Shown one piece after another: positions 45,743 through 56,957 of a stretch of DNA of 64,000 bases (the first letter of the stretch is position 1; every line of letters starts with the position of its first letter). Below the pieces are notes generated by a model, which did not search any database, had not been told where the DNA came from, and worked only from the letters and a program-made list of their open reading frames with translations. Origin of the DNA: Heteronotia binoei (lineage: Eukaryota); the NCBI RefSeq assembly GCF_032191835.1, contig NC_083235.1:15872001-15936000 (forward strand), in the 5' to 3' direction. A program made the position numbers and the translations under genes.

Positions 45743-46311
45743 CCCTATAGTCCACCCTCTGAAGCAGCCTTTTTTATCCCTTTGGAAGGGATATCTGTCA
45801 TCTGGGATCAGCTATAATTCCATGAGATCTTCAAGTCCCACCTGGACATTGGCAACCTTAGATCCCTCTCCTGCAGCCAGATGTGTTACAATCTGTCCGG
45901 GGCTGGATTGACAGTGCCAAGGAAGCACTGGCCTATGAGCCGCCATGCCTTTAGGGGCCCCGGGCTGGCTCCCCCCCCCCAACTGCTTGCAGCCCTCCCA
46001 GCCTGCACGCACTGAGCCTTTCTTTGCCCAACTTGCCTGGTGGGGCTGCTGCTGGTGTCCTTGCCAAGTTTGCCTCTCTCTGCCTCTCCCCTGCAGCTTT
46101 GTCAGAGAGGCTTTGGAGAAGGTGCCTGCAGGCTGCAGCAAGGCCATGGGTGGTGGGGCGGTGCTCTGACGGAGATATTTTGCAAGGAGGGCCCTGAGAT
46201 TTCGACTGCCTAGGGGCCTCTGCCGGGGTTAATCTGGCACAGAGTCTGTCCTACCACCTCAGTATCCTGCCATCTCATTGCCATCACATTCTGCTGCAGG
46301 CCTGGGGAAAT

Positions 46312-46746
46312 TAGGGCTGCCAACCCCTCCAGTCCGGGTGGGGAATCTCTGCCCCAGAGGTTCTCAACCTGCCGGCCCACATTGGGCCAGCAGGGGGAAC
46401 CTCCCCCAGCGTCACTGGCACAATGATGTCACCCGGAAGTGATGTCATCAAAATGGCGCCACCTGTGCGGGGCCGCTCTAGGCGTTTCCGGGAAAACTCT
46501 GGTTTCCCCGGACTCTCTAGCTATTTGGGAGGTAAAACTCTATGGTACAATAGGTACCATAGAGTTTTAACCTCCCAAATGGCTTGAGCGTCTGGAAAAA
46601 ACCATAGAGTTTTCCCAGAAACGCCTAGAGCAGCGCTGCACGGGCGCCGGCATTTTGATGACGCCCCTTCTGGGTGACATCATTTCTTCATGCAGCGCAC
46701 GCACGACTGTCCCTCGCTGGGGGATGAAGAGGACTTGGCAACCCTA
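46312..46746. mobile_element. Internally palindromic hAT MITE (TAGGG(C/T)TGCCA TIR)
   Basis: TIRs TAGGGCTGCCAA/TTGGCAACCCTA; perfect 8-bp TSD ggggaaat (46304-46311, 46747-46754); long internal inverted repeat centred at ~46551. Confidence 0.85.
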
Positions 46747-48217
46747 GGGGAAATCATTAAGGTCTGCTTTCAGATATTACTGACAGAAGCAATGGAACTA
46801 GGGTGATAACTACTTTGCAGCTGTTGAGATACCATTACAGTTCAGGTCTTCTTCTCCATAGTGCAGCTTTTGCTAGCCCCCCCACCTAAATGTGTAGGAA
46901 TTACCAGGCCTCAGATTCAGTGGGAGCTCACAGGAGTTCAGCTCCTGAACCTTTCTGAGAGTTCCACCTCCTGAGACTTCCACCTCCTTGTCCATTGAAT
47001 AGTAGGTGCAGCTGCATAACAATCCCTGGATGAGCTCCACCACCTATTTCTCTACAAAATGTCCCCTGAGAATTACTATTCTTTTAAAGTATCCAGGGCT
47101 TTTCTTGTAGCAGGAGCTCCTTTGCACATTAGGCCACACCCCCTGATGTAGCCAATGCTCTAAGAGCTTACAGGGCCTACTGTAAGCTCCAGGAGGCTTG
47201 GCTACATCAGGGGTGTACGGCCTAATATGCAAAGGAATTCCTGCTGCAGAAAAAGCCCTGTGTATCAATCATCTACAAATTAGAAAGTCTGGAAATTCTG
47301 TAACAGAGCTAGCAGTGAATACTCATGGGTTCACCTCACAGATGTTAGAAGCAGAGGTAGAAAGAGAGGTGTGATGTGATAAGGGCTGCTTGGAGGCAGA
47401 GTACATAAACAGAGTGTTGCCCTTGCCCCAGAAGTTCACCATGCTGGAAAAGTCAATGTCTGGCATATGAAGAAGAAGAGAAGAAGACCTTAAAGGGAGC
47501 AGCAAGAAGAAAATTAGATAGGATAGTGGTCAGCACCTTCTCTCTCATGTAAAGTTTCATTCCTTCTCCATCTCCAGACAGCTAGTCTCAGAACTTTTTT
47601 TGGTAGAAAAAGCCCAGCAGTAACTCATTTGCATATTAGGCCACACCCCTTGGTGCCAAGCCAGCTGGAACTGTGTTCCTGTGTGTCCCTGCTATTTTTT
47701 TTTTTAAAGCAACCCCTGGCTATTCTTAGGACAATTTCCTCCTTCTTTGAAGTTTCATACGTGGTTTCTCCCTCTCTCTCAGCTAGAGATATAGGTTCCT
47801 ATCTATATCTAGATAAGAACCTATCTCTCTCTCTCTCTCCTCTTTCCTATCCAATATATTAGTTCCTAAAAAACCTTTATCTATTCTAGAGTCAGTTTGC
47901 TGTAGTTGTTAAGTGTGTGGACTCTTATCTGGGAGAACCGGGTTTGATTCCCCACTCCTTCACTTGCAGCTGCTGGAATGGCCTTGGGTCAGCCTTAGCT
48001 CTCGTAGAAGTTGTCTTTGAAAGGGCAGCTTCTGTGAGAGTTCTCTCACTCTCATCTACCTCACAGGGTATCAGGGGGGTGGGTGGGTAAAGGAGATTGT
48101 GACCACTCTGAGACTCTGAGATTCAGAGTATAGGCTGGGATATCAATCCAATCTTCTCCTTCTTCTTTAATCAGATTGTGCCCCATTGCTGTGTTAAATA
48201 TTCTGCCAACAGACATG

Positions 48218-48919
48218 GGGTGCGGTCACACTCACCATTAAATCCATCTGCAACGCGCCTCTATTATAATCCGCACAACCAATTTTCCGATCAGACAACA
48301 GCCAGGCTCCCATTCTATCCCATGTGGGTCCCATCGCTGGTCGATCAGAGTGTTCTACCGGACCTTGTTTCATGAGACGTCAATCTGCATTAGCGCAGGC
48401 ACAGTGATGCCCGCTATCTGCAGCGCGTCGCTTTGAAATGGGTCGGATCACTAACAGTTTTGCTAGTCCGCTGGCACTACTTTTCCAGCACGAGCACTAC
48501 GCATGCAGAAAAAAACCCAGGAATTCAAATCAGTTCACATCTAGTTTCAAAAGTGAGTTTTGTTTCTGGACATAGGGGCGGGTAAACGATTTATCGAGCC
48601 AACATTCGCTCGCTCATTCACTGGCGCAGTGATATCACTTGCTGGGGGCTTTGGGAGGGAAGCGGTGGTGCGCTTCCAATGGGTCGCCAACGATGGAGCG
48701 TTCAAACAGAGAAATTCCGCTCAGGAACCGTCAGAAGAATTTTGTTTCTGATTTAAAGCAGTATCAAATTAGTCCGCGCCCCAGTCGTCTCAACGCGGGA
48801 CTCGAACGAGCTAACCACCATTCGCAGATGCTGACGTTTGGACAACCGCTTAAAATCCGACATGCTTCCAGACTCCACTCATGCCCGTAGCGGGATTTTA
48901 TGAACATCTGACCTCACCC
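48218..48919. mobile_element. CpG-rich 702-bp non-autonomous PIF/Harbinger-like element
   Basis: TIRs GGGTGCGGTCACA/TCTGACCTCACCC (11/13 match); 3-bp TSD ATG (48215-48217, 48920-48922). Confidence 0.7.
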
Positions 48920-50367
48920 ATGACCAGTCAGAGCCAGCTCCACCCTCCATGCTGCGCTGCCTCTTTTCTTTTCTGGGGGTGAAGCAGTACCAGCCCCACC
49001 CTGCAGGTCATTCAAGTAGAGATCGATTCCACTGGGAATCAAGGGCAGGTGTGTGAGTTTCGTGGTATGAGCATCTGATGAAGGAAGTTGTGACAATGGA
49101 GAGCTGATACCCCCCCCCCCCACCCCACCATCTTGTTGGTCTCTAAGATGCTGCTAAACTTGAATCTAACTCTAAGAGATAAATAAATGGCAGTAGGGGC
49201 CGTTTTGTAGAAAAATAGGTGGTGGTGCTCATTAGCATAACTTATTAGCATATGCCGCCCCCGCCCCCAGCCAAAAGCAACCTGATGCAAGAAAGGAGAG
49301 CCCTGGACAAGCGAGGCCTGCTTGGGCTGGCTAGAGATACAGCCAGCCCAAGCAGGCTTCACTCTCCTTGGCCGCCCCCACCCCCAGTCAAAAGGACAGC
49401 AAGCCACCCGCTGCCCAAAATCACATAAGAAGTGGAGAAAGGGTGGTGTGGGCTTCTCCAGGGGTTCATGAGGGGTGCTGGGGGTGTGGCAAAGCCCCTG
49501 GTGACTGGCTGGCTGCCCACTCTCCTAATCCAGGGATTGTTATACAGCTGCGCCTACTATTCAATGGACAAGGTAGGTGGGCAGGAAGAGCGGGAACCAT
49601 CAGGAAGGTTCAAGAGCCGTGCTCTGTGAGCTCCTGCTGAATTCATGGCCTGAATAGCAGTCACAAGAAAGACCGGTGTAGAAGGAGGAAAGGAGAAAGA
49701 GGATCTCAGATGGCTTTCAAGTCTATACCATCCCTAAAAGCCCATCAATTTAAAATGGGATTGCATGCTCATTAGTTCTTCCATCTAATTGTAGTTGCAG
49801 AAGTGGCTTCTCTGTTCTCTTGAGAGGCGCTCCCAGATGAAAGGTGGTTAAGCGCTATGACATCATAGAGTCAACCAGGGAAGAAATACCTCCCCTCCCA
49901 CCAAGCTACAAGCAGAGGAGCTGATCTTGTGCTATTTTGAAGAGGACATACCACCTCGGACAGCCCAGATCATCTCTTTGCATCCTGAAGAGGAGGAACC
50001 CAGATCCTACCCAGTGAACAGGTGCTTCTAAGTCACCTTCCCATCCTTTAACTGAGTGGCCAAATGAGTGAGCAAAAGTAGTATCCAGTGGCTGGCAGTT
50101 CAGATAAGAAACAGGCGGGATTTTGTGTATCCCAGATACACAAGCAGAGAGTCGTATTCTCAAACCCTACCTCACTTTCCAAGACTGTATTGGGAACTGG
50201 GGAGTGGCTCAGAGTTAGAGCATTTACTTTGGATGTAGAAGGTCAGTCTTTGGCATCTCCAGTAAAAGTCCAGGATCAGGAAAGACCATTTTTGTTTGTT
50301 TGTTTGAGGCCCTGGAGAGCCATTGCCAGGTAGAACTGACAACACAGAATGTGGGAGACCAGTAATC

Positions 50368-50587
50368 GGGAGGGACGTTGGCTCAGTGGTAGAGCATCTG
50401 CTTCGTAAGCAGAAAGTCCCAGGTTCAATCCCTGGCATCTCCAGCTAAAAAGAGTCCAAGCAAATAGTTGTGGAAAACCTCAGCTTGAGACCCTGGAGAG
50501 CTGCTGCCAGTCTGAATAGACATTACTGACTTTGATGGTCTGAGGGTCTGATTCAGTATAAGGCAGCTTCATATGTTCATATGTTCA
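50368..50587 (+). mobile_element. tRNA-derived SINE with well-preserved cloverleaf-like head (preceded by a degenerate copy at ~50196-50365)
   Basis: A box TGGCTCAGTGG, B box GGTTCAATCC, arm TCTGC-TTCGTAA-GCAGA, followed by SINE body and CR1-like (ATGTTC) tail. Confidence 0.8.
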
Positions 50588-51561
50588 ATCCCCTGTAGAC
50601 CAGTAGATCCATAGCTCCATTGTGCCCACAAACATGGATCCTGGTGCCCAGTGCCCACTTGTGTCTTTCCTCAAAGTAAAGAGCCAATCCTGGCTTTCCT
50701 ACACTCATTGGAAGTGGTTCAGAAGACCTCAGGAGGCATCACCTTGGGGTCTTCTAGGAATGTCAATACAGAAATGATTGCCTCCATCGCAGGATAAGAT
50801 TTGAGGCTAGTAGCATCTTAGTGCAGGTAATGGCAAACCACTTCTGAATGTCTCTTGCCTTAACTGGATGACCCAGGCTAGCCCAATCTTGTCAGAGCTT
50901 GGAAACTAAGCAGCGTTGGCCCTGGTTAGTCCTTGGAAGGGAGACTTCCAAGGAAGTCCAGAGTTCCTATGCAGAGGAAGGCAATGGCCATGTGGCCAAG
51001 AGGCGCTGCCTGTTTATACAGGAGCATCCCAATAGCGAGAGAGAGAAAGTGGGGCTCCTAATCCTGGAAACAAAATGGAGTCTGATCAGAAACAGGTCAA
51101 GGAAATATTCCATTCAAAATGGAGTAGACCCAGCAGAGAGCTTTTTCTGGTCATCACCTAAAGGCACCCTCTTAGCATGGCCCTCTCCTTTCCTCCCCCT
51201 TCCAAACGGAATGCATAAGGACAATGAGGACTCCTGGTAGGTATTACTCATGACTTAATCCTCAGCTACTGATCAACGGCCCATCCCTCAGGTGTATTAC
51301 TTCTACGCAGCCTTTTCCATTTACTTCTATGCTAATGCATACCCTGTTGCTCAAGGTCTTTGTCTACCACTCTGAGTTCCTTCCTGGGTGTCAAAATCCA
51401 ACTGGTTTAAACCTACCAAGCTGCATCCTGGCCCATCCTTATAGCAAATACAGTATAATCATGATATATTGTTTCCAACTGGAAATCCATTCAGGTACAC
51501 CATTAAAGCCCATTACCAGCTATTCAGGTCACCATAGTTACTAAAGGGTCTCCACCCTTTA

Positions 51562-51855
51562 AAAAGGTAAAGGTAGTCCCCTGTGCAAGCACCAGCTGTT
51601 TCCGACTCTGGGTTGACATCACATCACGACGTTTTCATGGCAGACTTTTTACGGGATGTTTTGCCACTGCCTTCCCCAGTCATCTACACTCCCCCCCCCC
51701 CCCAGCAAGCTGGGTAATTTTATCGACCTTGGAAGGATGGAAGGCTGAGTCAATCTGGAGCCGGCTACCTGAACCAGCTTCCACTGGAATCAGGTCGTGA
51801 GCAGAGGGCTCCGACTGCAGTACTGCAGCTTTACCACTCTGCTCCACGGGACTCC
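51562..51855 (-). mobile_element. Sauria SINE
   Basis: Same family as 15438; flanked by ctccacc(c)ttt duplication. Confidence 0.85.
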
Positions 51856-52499
51856 TCCACCTTTTACAACCCTATATAACTGGGTGAAAATCCCACTAGG
51901 TGTGCGTTCCATAGGGCGCCATTTGCAGTCTGTACCCCCCCCCCCTTACTCTTTGTAATTGGGTCTATAGGCTTGCTACGCTGGTCGTGCTTGCTCTTCT
52001 CTTCAATTTCCCTGCTGAACAGATGTCTTCTCTCTTGGACCAGGTAGTATTACCCTCCTCAACAATCCCTCAATTCCTCTATCGATAACCTCTACCCTTC
52101 CTAGCCTCTGAATTGTCTGTGTTGTGTATTTGTGTGCGCGAATGTATCCTTTTTTGCATATTTTAAGTAAACATTATAAAAATATATTTTTGTCTGTAGT
52201 ACTCCTGTTTAAAAACCCAACCTCCATATTATTGAAGAAAAGATCCTTTGCTCCTAATCCGCTCTACCTAGTCTCCGTACTGCTAATTTCCCATTCTAAA
52301 AGGCGACATAAGCATTTCCCGTAACAGCCAACTCCCTCTGTTTGTCTCTGCCTTAACCTGGATGCCCAGGCCAGCACAGTCTTCCAGATCCTTGAAGCTA
52401 AGCAAAGTCAGTCCTCGTTAGCACTTGGAGGGGAGACAACTACAGAAGACAAGGATTGCTATGCAGAGGCAGGCAAGGGCAAACCACCTCTGAACATCT

Positions 52500-53215
52500 C
52501 TTGAAAATACACCACTGTCCAGATGCATCCTATAATAAACTAATGAGGGAATTATTAACCACGCTTCTAACAGTTGCCAAACATTTAATTGCTTCTAAAT
52601 GGAAATGCAAGAAACCCCCTACAGTTAAGATGTGGTTTAATGGCTTCCAGGACCACCTTATATTAGGCAAGATGGTAAATCAATATTTCTCAACTGGCCC
52701 TGGGAAATATTGTGATACATTTGTGCAGATGTGGCTCCCAATAGTTATTGAACACCTTATTGAACATCTTATTGAACATGACATGCTTTCAATCAATCCA
52801 TATTACTCCGATCTTTTAAATTATCTGAAAGCATAGTTTAAAGTATAATTGGAGTCACGAACCTTTTAAGACATTATACCGCTTTAATTGAAATGCTATG
52901 AAAGTGGTAATTGCCTGTAATAAGATTGTTGCTCAATTATTTTATGATGTCTGAATGTAGCATGTAGGAGAGGGACGGTAGCTCAGCGGTAGAGCATCTG
53001 CTTGGTAAGCAGAAGGCCCCAGGTTCAATCCCCGGCCTCTCCAACTAAAGAAGGGTCCAGGCAAATAGGTGTGAAAAACCTCAGCTTGAGACCTTGGAGA
53101 GCCGCTGCCAGTCTGAGTAGACAATACTGACTTTGATGGACTGAGAGTCTGATTCAGTATATGTTCATAGAACATAGAATCCTGTTTATTAATTAAAGGT
53201 TAAAAAAAAATTAAA
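52500..53215 (+). mobile_element. L1-clade 3' fragment interrupted by a tRNA-derived SINE (52967-53180)
   Basis: LLTVAKHLIASKWK.KKPPTVKMW resembles L1 ORF2 C-terminus; A-rich end ~53200; SINE homologous to 50368. Confidence 0.65.
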
Positions 53216-53579
53216 ATAAGAACATCAAAAGTGGTCACCATAAGTCACCTGTGATCTGATGGCGTTTTCTGTCACCACCCTCAAGAAGATCAGGACATCT
53301 CTTCTCCTTCCATTTCATCCTCTCAACAGCCCTGCAAGGTAGTTTATATTGAGAGAGAGTGACTGGCCTCAGCTGACCCAATGACTTCATGCCTGAGTGG
53401 GGATTCGAACCAGGGTCTCACTCCTTCTAATCCAGTATGCTAATTACTGTGTCGCACAGGGTCCCACTCCCTAGAATACAACTGTGATTTGAAAACATGT
53501 CCCGCTGTAGACATGCATTCGATTCAGTGTTCATCACAACCACCTCATCTCTTCTTCTACTTCCGAGGTTCCCAGGCTG

Positions 53580-54518
53580 ATGTCGAACAGAACATCCGTC
53601 ACTGAATTCATCTTGATTGGCGTGTCAGACGCCCGTGATTTCTACAGCTCCCTCTTTGGTCTCTTTCTGCTGTTGTACATAGCTAACATCTCCGGAAACT
53701 TAGTGGTCGCAGCAGTCACCCTGTGGGACCCGCATCTCCAGACGCCCATGTACTTCTTCATCGGCAACCTGGCTTTCATTGACATCTTCTACTTCTCCAC
53801 CACCGTGCCCAAAATGTTCATGGGGCTGATGTCCCACAGCAACCGCATCCCCTATGCGGGCTGCATTGTCCAGATGTTCTTCTTCCACTTCCTGGGCAGC
53901 ACCGAAGCCATGCTTTTAGCCATCATGGGCTACGATCGCTACCTGGCCATCTGCCACCCGCTCCGCTACCCTGTCTTGATGAGCCACCAACTGCGATGGA
54001 TCTTAGCTGCTTGCGTGTGGGCCGCTGGCTTCTTCCACTCTCTTCTCCATGCCATCATGATGTCCCGCCTCTCCTTCTGCCAAGACAACCGGGTGGAGCA
54101 CTTCTTCTGCGATATATCTCCGCTCCTGGCCCTCTCCTGCTCAGATACTGGGGTCAATCAGGCCTTGTTAGTCGGGGTGACTGGCTCCATTATCATGGGC
54201 TGCTTTGCCTTAACTTTAACGTCCTATGGTCTCATCCTGCAGGCTGTGGTGGCTATGCGCTCGTCGGAAGGCCTCCGACGTACCTTTTCCACTTGCGGGG
54301 CCCACCTCACCGTGGTGGCCCTCCATTACGGCTGCGCTGGGGCCATGTACCTGCGACCCCACTCAGAAAACTCACTAGAAACAGACAGAGCTGTGACAGT
54401 GCTTTACACGGCAGTCACACCCGTTCTGAACCCACTGATTTATACGCTGCGGAACAAGGAAGTCAAGGCCGCCCTGCGAAGGGCTGTCAGCAGGAATGCC
54501 CGCTGTCAGAGAGGGTAA
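53580..54518 (+). CDS. OR12-like: Olfactory receptor, class II, family 12-like, intact 312 aa, GC-rich
   Basis: Motifs NRT, LQTPMYFF, FFFHFLGSTEAMLLAIMGYDRYLAICHPLRY (OR12-type), STCGAHL, PVLNPLIYTLRN; acceptor-like ttcccAG at 53575. Confidence 0.93.
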   Translation: MSNRTSVTEFILIGVSDARDFYSSLFGLFLLLYIANISGNLVVAAVTLWDPHLQTPMYFFIGNLAFIDIFYFSTTVPKMFMGLMSHSNRIPYAGCIVQMFFFHFLGSTEAMLLAIMGYDRYLAICHPLRYPVLMSHQLRWILAACVWAAGFFHSLLHAIMMSRLSFCQDNRVEHFFCDISPLLALSCSDTGVNQALLVGVTGSIIMGCFALTLTSYGLILQAVVAMRSSEGLRRTFSTCGAHLTVVALHYGCAGAMYLRPHSENSLETDRAVTVLYTAVTPVLNPLIYTLRNKEVKAALRRAVSRNARCQRG

Positions 54519-54682
54519 AAGGGGGTGGGGGAGATGTCTGAATGTTGTACTAATACAGTGACTTGGTAGTAACTTAGTTTGCTTTCTGTGAGGTTCTTTT
54601 GCCTCGGAGTAGCCAATAGGGTAGGACAGGGGTGGCCAAACTTGCATAGTGCAAAAGCCACATAGAATACGTCGGGTGTTTG

Positions 54683-54869
54683 NNNNNNNNNNNNNNNNNN
54701 NNNNNNNNNNNNNNNNNNNNNNNNNNNNNNNNNNNNNNNNNNNNNNNNNNNNNNNNNNNNNNNNNNNNNNNNNNNNNNNNNNNNNNNNNNNNNNNNNNNN
54801 NNNNNNNNNNNNNNNNNNNNNNNNNNNNNNNNNNNNNNNNNNNNNNNNNNNNNNNNNNNNNNNNNNNNN
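54683..54869. other. Assembly gap (187 N) inside a hAT MITE
   Basis: Run of N flanked by CAGGGGTGGCCAAAC-family sequence. Confidence 1.
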
Positions 54870-56080
54870 GAGGTGGAAAGAAAGTACTTCAACTTTAAAT
54901 GCATTCTCCAAAACCACCTGCTGGCTTGACTTGAAAAAGTGATTTTTAAAGAGAGAAATGCCTTTTCCAAGTTGGCTGATGGGTACAAGGGGAGGTCCTT
55001 CTGACTGTCCCATCAATCCAAGAAACTCATCTGGTGGGCAGATGAGAGAGGGCCTTTTCAGTGGCAGCACCACAATTATGGAACAACCTCCTCTGTATCC
55101 CTCACTGTCAGTCTTCAGGAAGTAGATGGTGATGGGTTTTATTTAGGACTGCATTCAACCAATTTTGTTTTTATTTATTGTCAGCCTGAACTGAGAGTTT
55201 ATATTATTGTCTTTTAGGCGAATCATGACTTCTGTTTTATTTATATTGTAAGCTGCCTTGAGTGCCACACAGTAGAAAGATAGCTAAGGAACATTTTAAA
55301 TAAATAAATTCTGAACCAGGCCTGTGATCAGAGACCCCTATCCAGAAGTCTGTTCAGGTTGAAACTGAAACACCCAGAATTGATTGACTGGAAAAAAATT
55401 AACCATTTATATGACCATGGCAAAGTTATCTGCATAATAGTGCAGAATCTGAATTTCAAGAAAAATTGAACATTTTTTTTTCATATGTCAACCAAAGTTA
55501 GGTTGCAAAGCTTTAAAGACTAAAATAAGAATAAAATGACAATCCAAAAAGATTAAGAGACAGAATTGAGTAGCATATATCCAAAATGTTCATGATTATA
55601 ATGACCTAACATGAGAAACACTAGAATTGTCAAGAATGTTAGAAATGTAAATGTATTTATATGTAGTTTGAGACCAAAATCAAAAGTACATAAATAACTT
55701 GCACTTAATAATGTAAGATCTGTTCCGCAGTTTTATAGATAGAAAAACATTATCAGCTACGATTTATTAGATAATATTGATGGCTTTCATCACTTACTGC
55801 TTTTATTGGCAAAAATATCCTTGTTAATGTATAAATGAACCGTTGTGGTATTTCTGTCTTATCTTACCTTTTTAATGCTTCTTTTCTAAGTTTGTTTTTT
55901 AATGTTTGCTTATATATAAAAATAAAAATATATTATATTATTATATTCAAAAGCCTGTTCAATATTCATTCCCCTCACATATCAGGACATAGTTGTAACC
56001 CTTTAGGATTTGGAGAAAGTTCAAGAAGGTAATCCCTTCTGAGCGTAGAGTGACAGAGCATCTCTGCTTCAAGACTCTTT

Positions 56081-56367
56081 GGTCGTTTTCGCACTCACCT
56101 TCCGCCGGCGCGACCCCCCTCTTCACCGCGCAGGATCTGCGCGGATTTCGCACTAAACACTGCGGAGCAGCCAGAAAAGCCGGAAGCTCCCGTCGCAAAA
56201 GCCGCGCAAACGCCAAACTGCTTTTTGGCGGTTTCAGTTTGAGCGGCTTTTGCGCCGGGAGCTTCCGGCTTTTCTGGCTGCTCCGCAGCGTTTAGTGCGA
56301 AATCCGCGCAGATCCTGCGCGGTGAAGAGGGGGGTTGCGCCGGCGGAAGGTGAATGCAAAAACGACC
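56081..56367. mobile_element. 287-bp near-perfect palindromic PIF/Harbinger-like MITE, relative of the 28-kb element
   Basis: TIRs GGTCGTTTTCGCA/TGCAAAAACGACC; arms complementary throughout; flanked by TTT on both sides; CpG-rich. Confidence 0.85.
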
Positions 56368-56659
56368 TTTGATTAATCCCCAGTTGCAAAGATCTGATGA
56401 AAGGCCCAAGAGATCTCCCTGATTTACTTCCAGTTCCCTGGAGTCACCTACTGAGAACACATCTCTCTCTGAGACAACAATGCTAACAACATCCCAAGAG
56501 CAGCCATGAATCGTTATGGACAGCGATCTCAGCAGGGAGAATGCAATAATTCAAATCAAAAGTTAGAGCTCAACTCAGCAATGGGATATTTCACCATAGA
56601 ATTTCCATCCATAATAACTGTTGCATTTTTTTTACCAGATAATTTAGTGAATGTGTATA

Positions 56660-56957
56660 AAGGTAAAGGTAGACCCCCGTGCAAGCACTAGTCATTTCCA
56701 ACTCTGTGGTGATGTTACTTTCACAACATTTTCACAGCAGACTTTTTACGGGGTGGTTTGCCATTGCCTTCCCCAGTTATCTACACTTTCCCCCCAGCAA
56801 ACTGGGTACTCATTTTACTGACTTTGGAAGGATGGAAGGCTGAGTCAATCTCGAGCCAGCTCCTTGAACCCAGCTTCCGCCAGGATCAAACTCAGGTTAT
56901 GAGCAGAGCTTAGGACTGCAGTACTGCAGCTTTACCACTCTGCGTCACAGGGCTCTT
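56660..56957 (-). mobile_element. Sauria SINE
   Basis: 12-bp TSD tgaatgtgtata (56648-56659, 56958-56969). Confidence 0.9.

Noticed and set aside
50372-50443. tRNA-Thr(CGT) gene, and tRNA-Thr(GGT) at 52972-53043
   Set aside because: Acceptor stems mispaired, no poly-T terminator, and both run into a shared SINE body found elsewhere in the window.
10306-54541. Antisense and alternate-frame ORFs overlapping OR CDSs (e.g. 30051-30368, 30263-30670, 53996-54541)
   Set aside because: Expected shadows of GC-rich coding sequence; no independent evidence.
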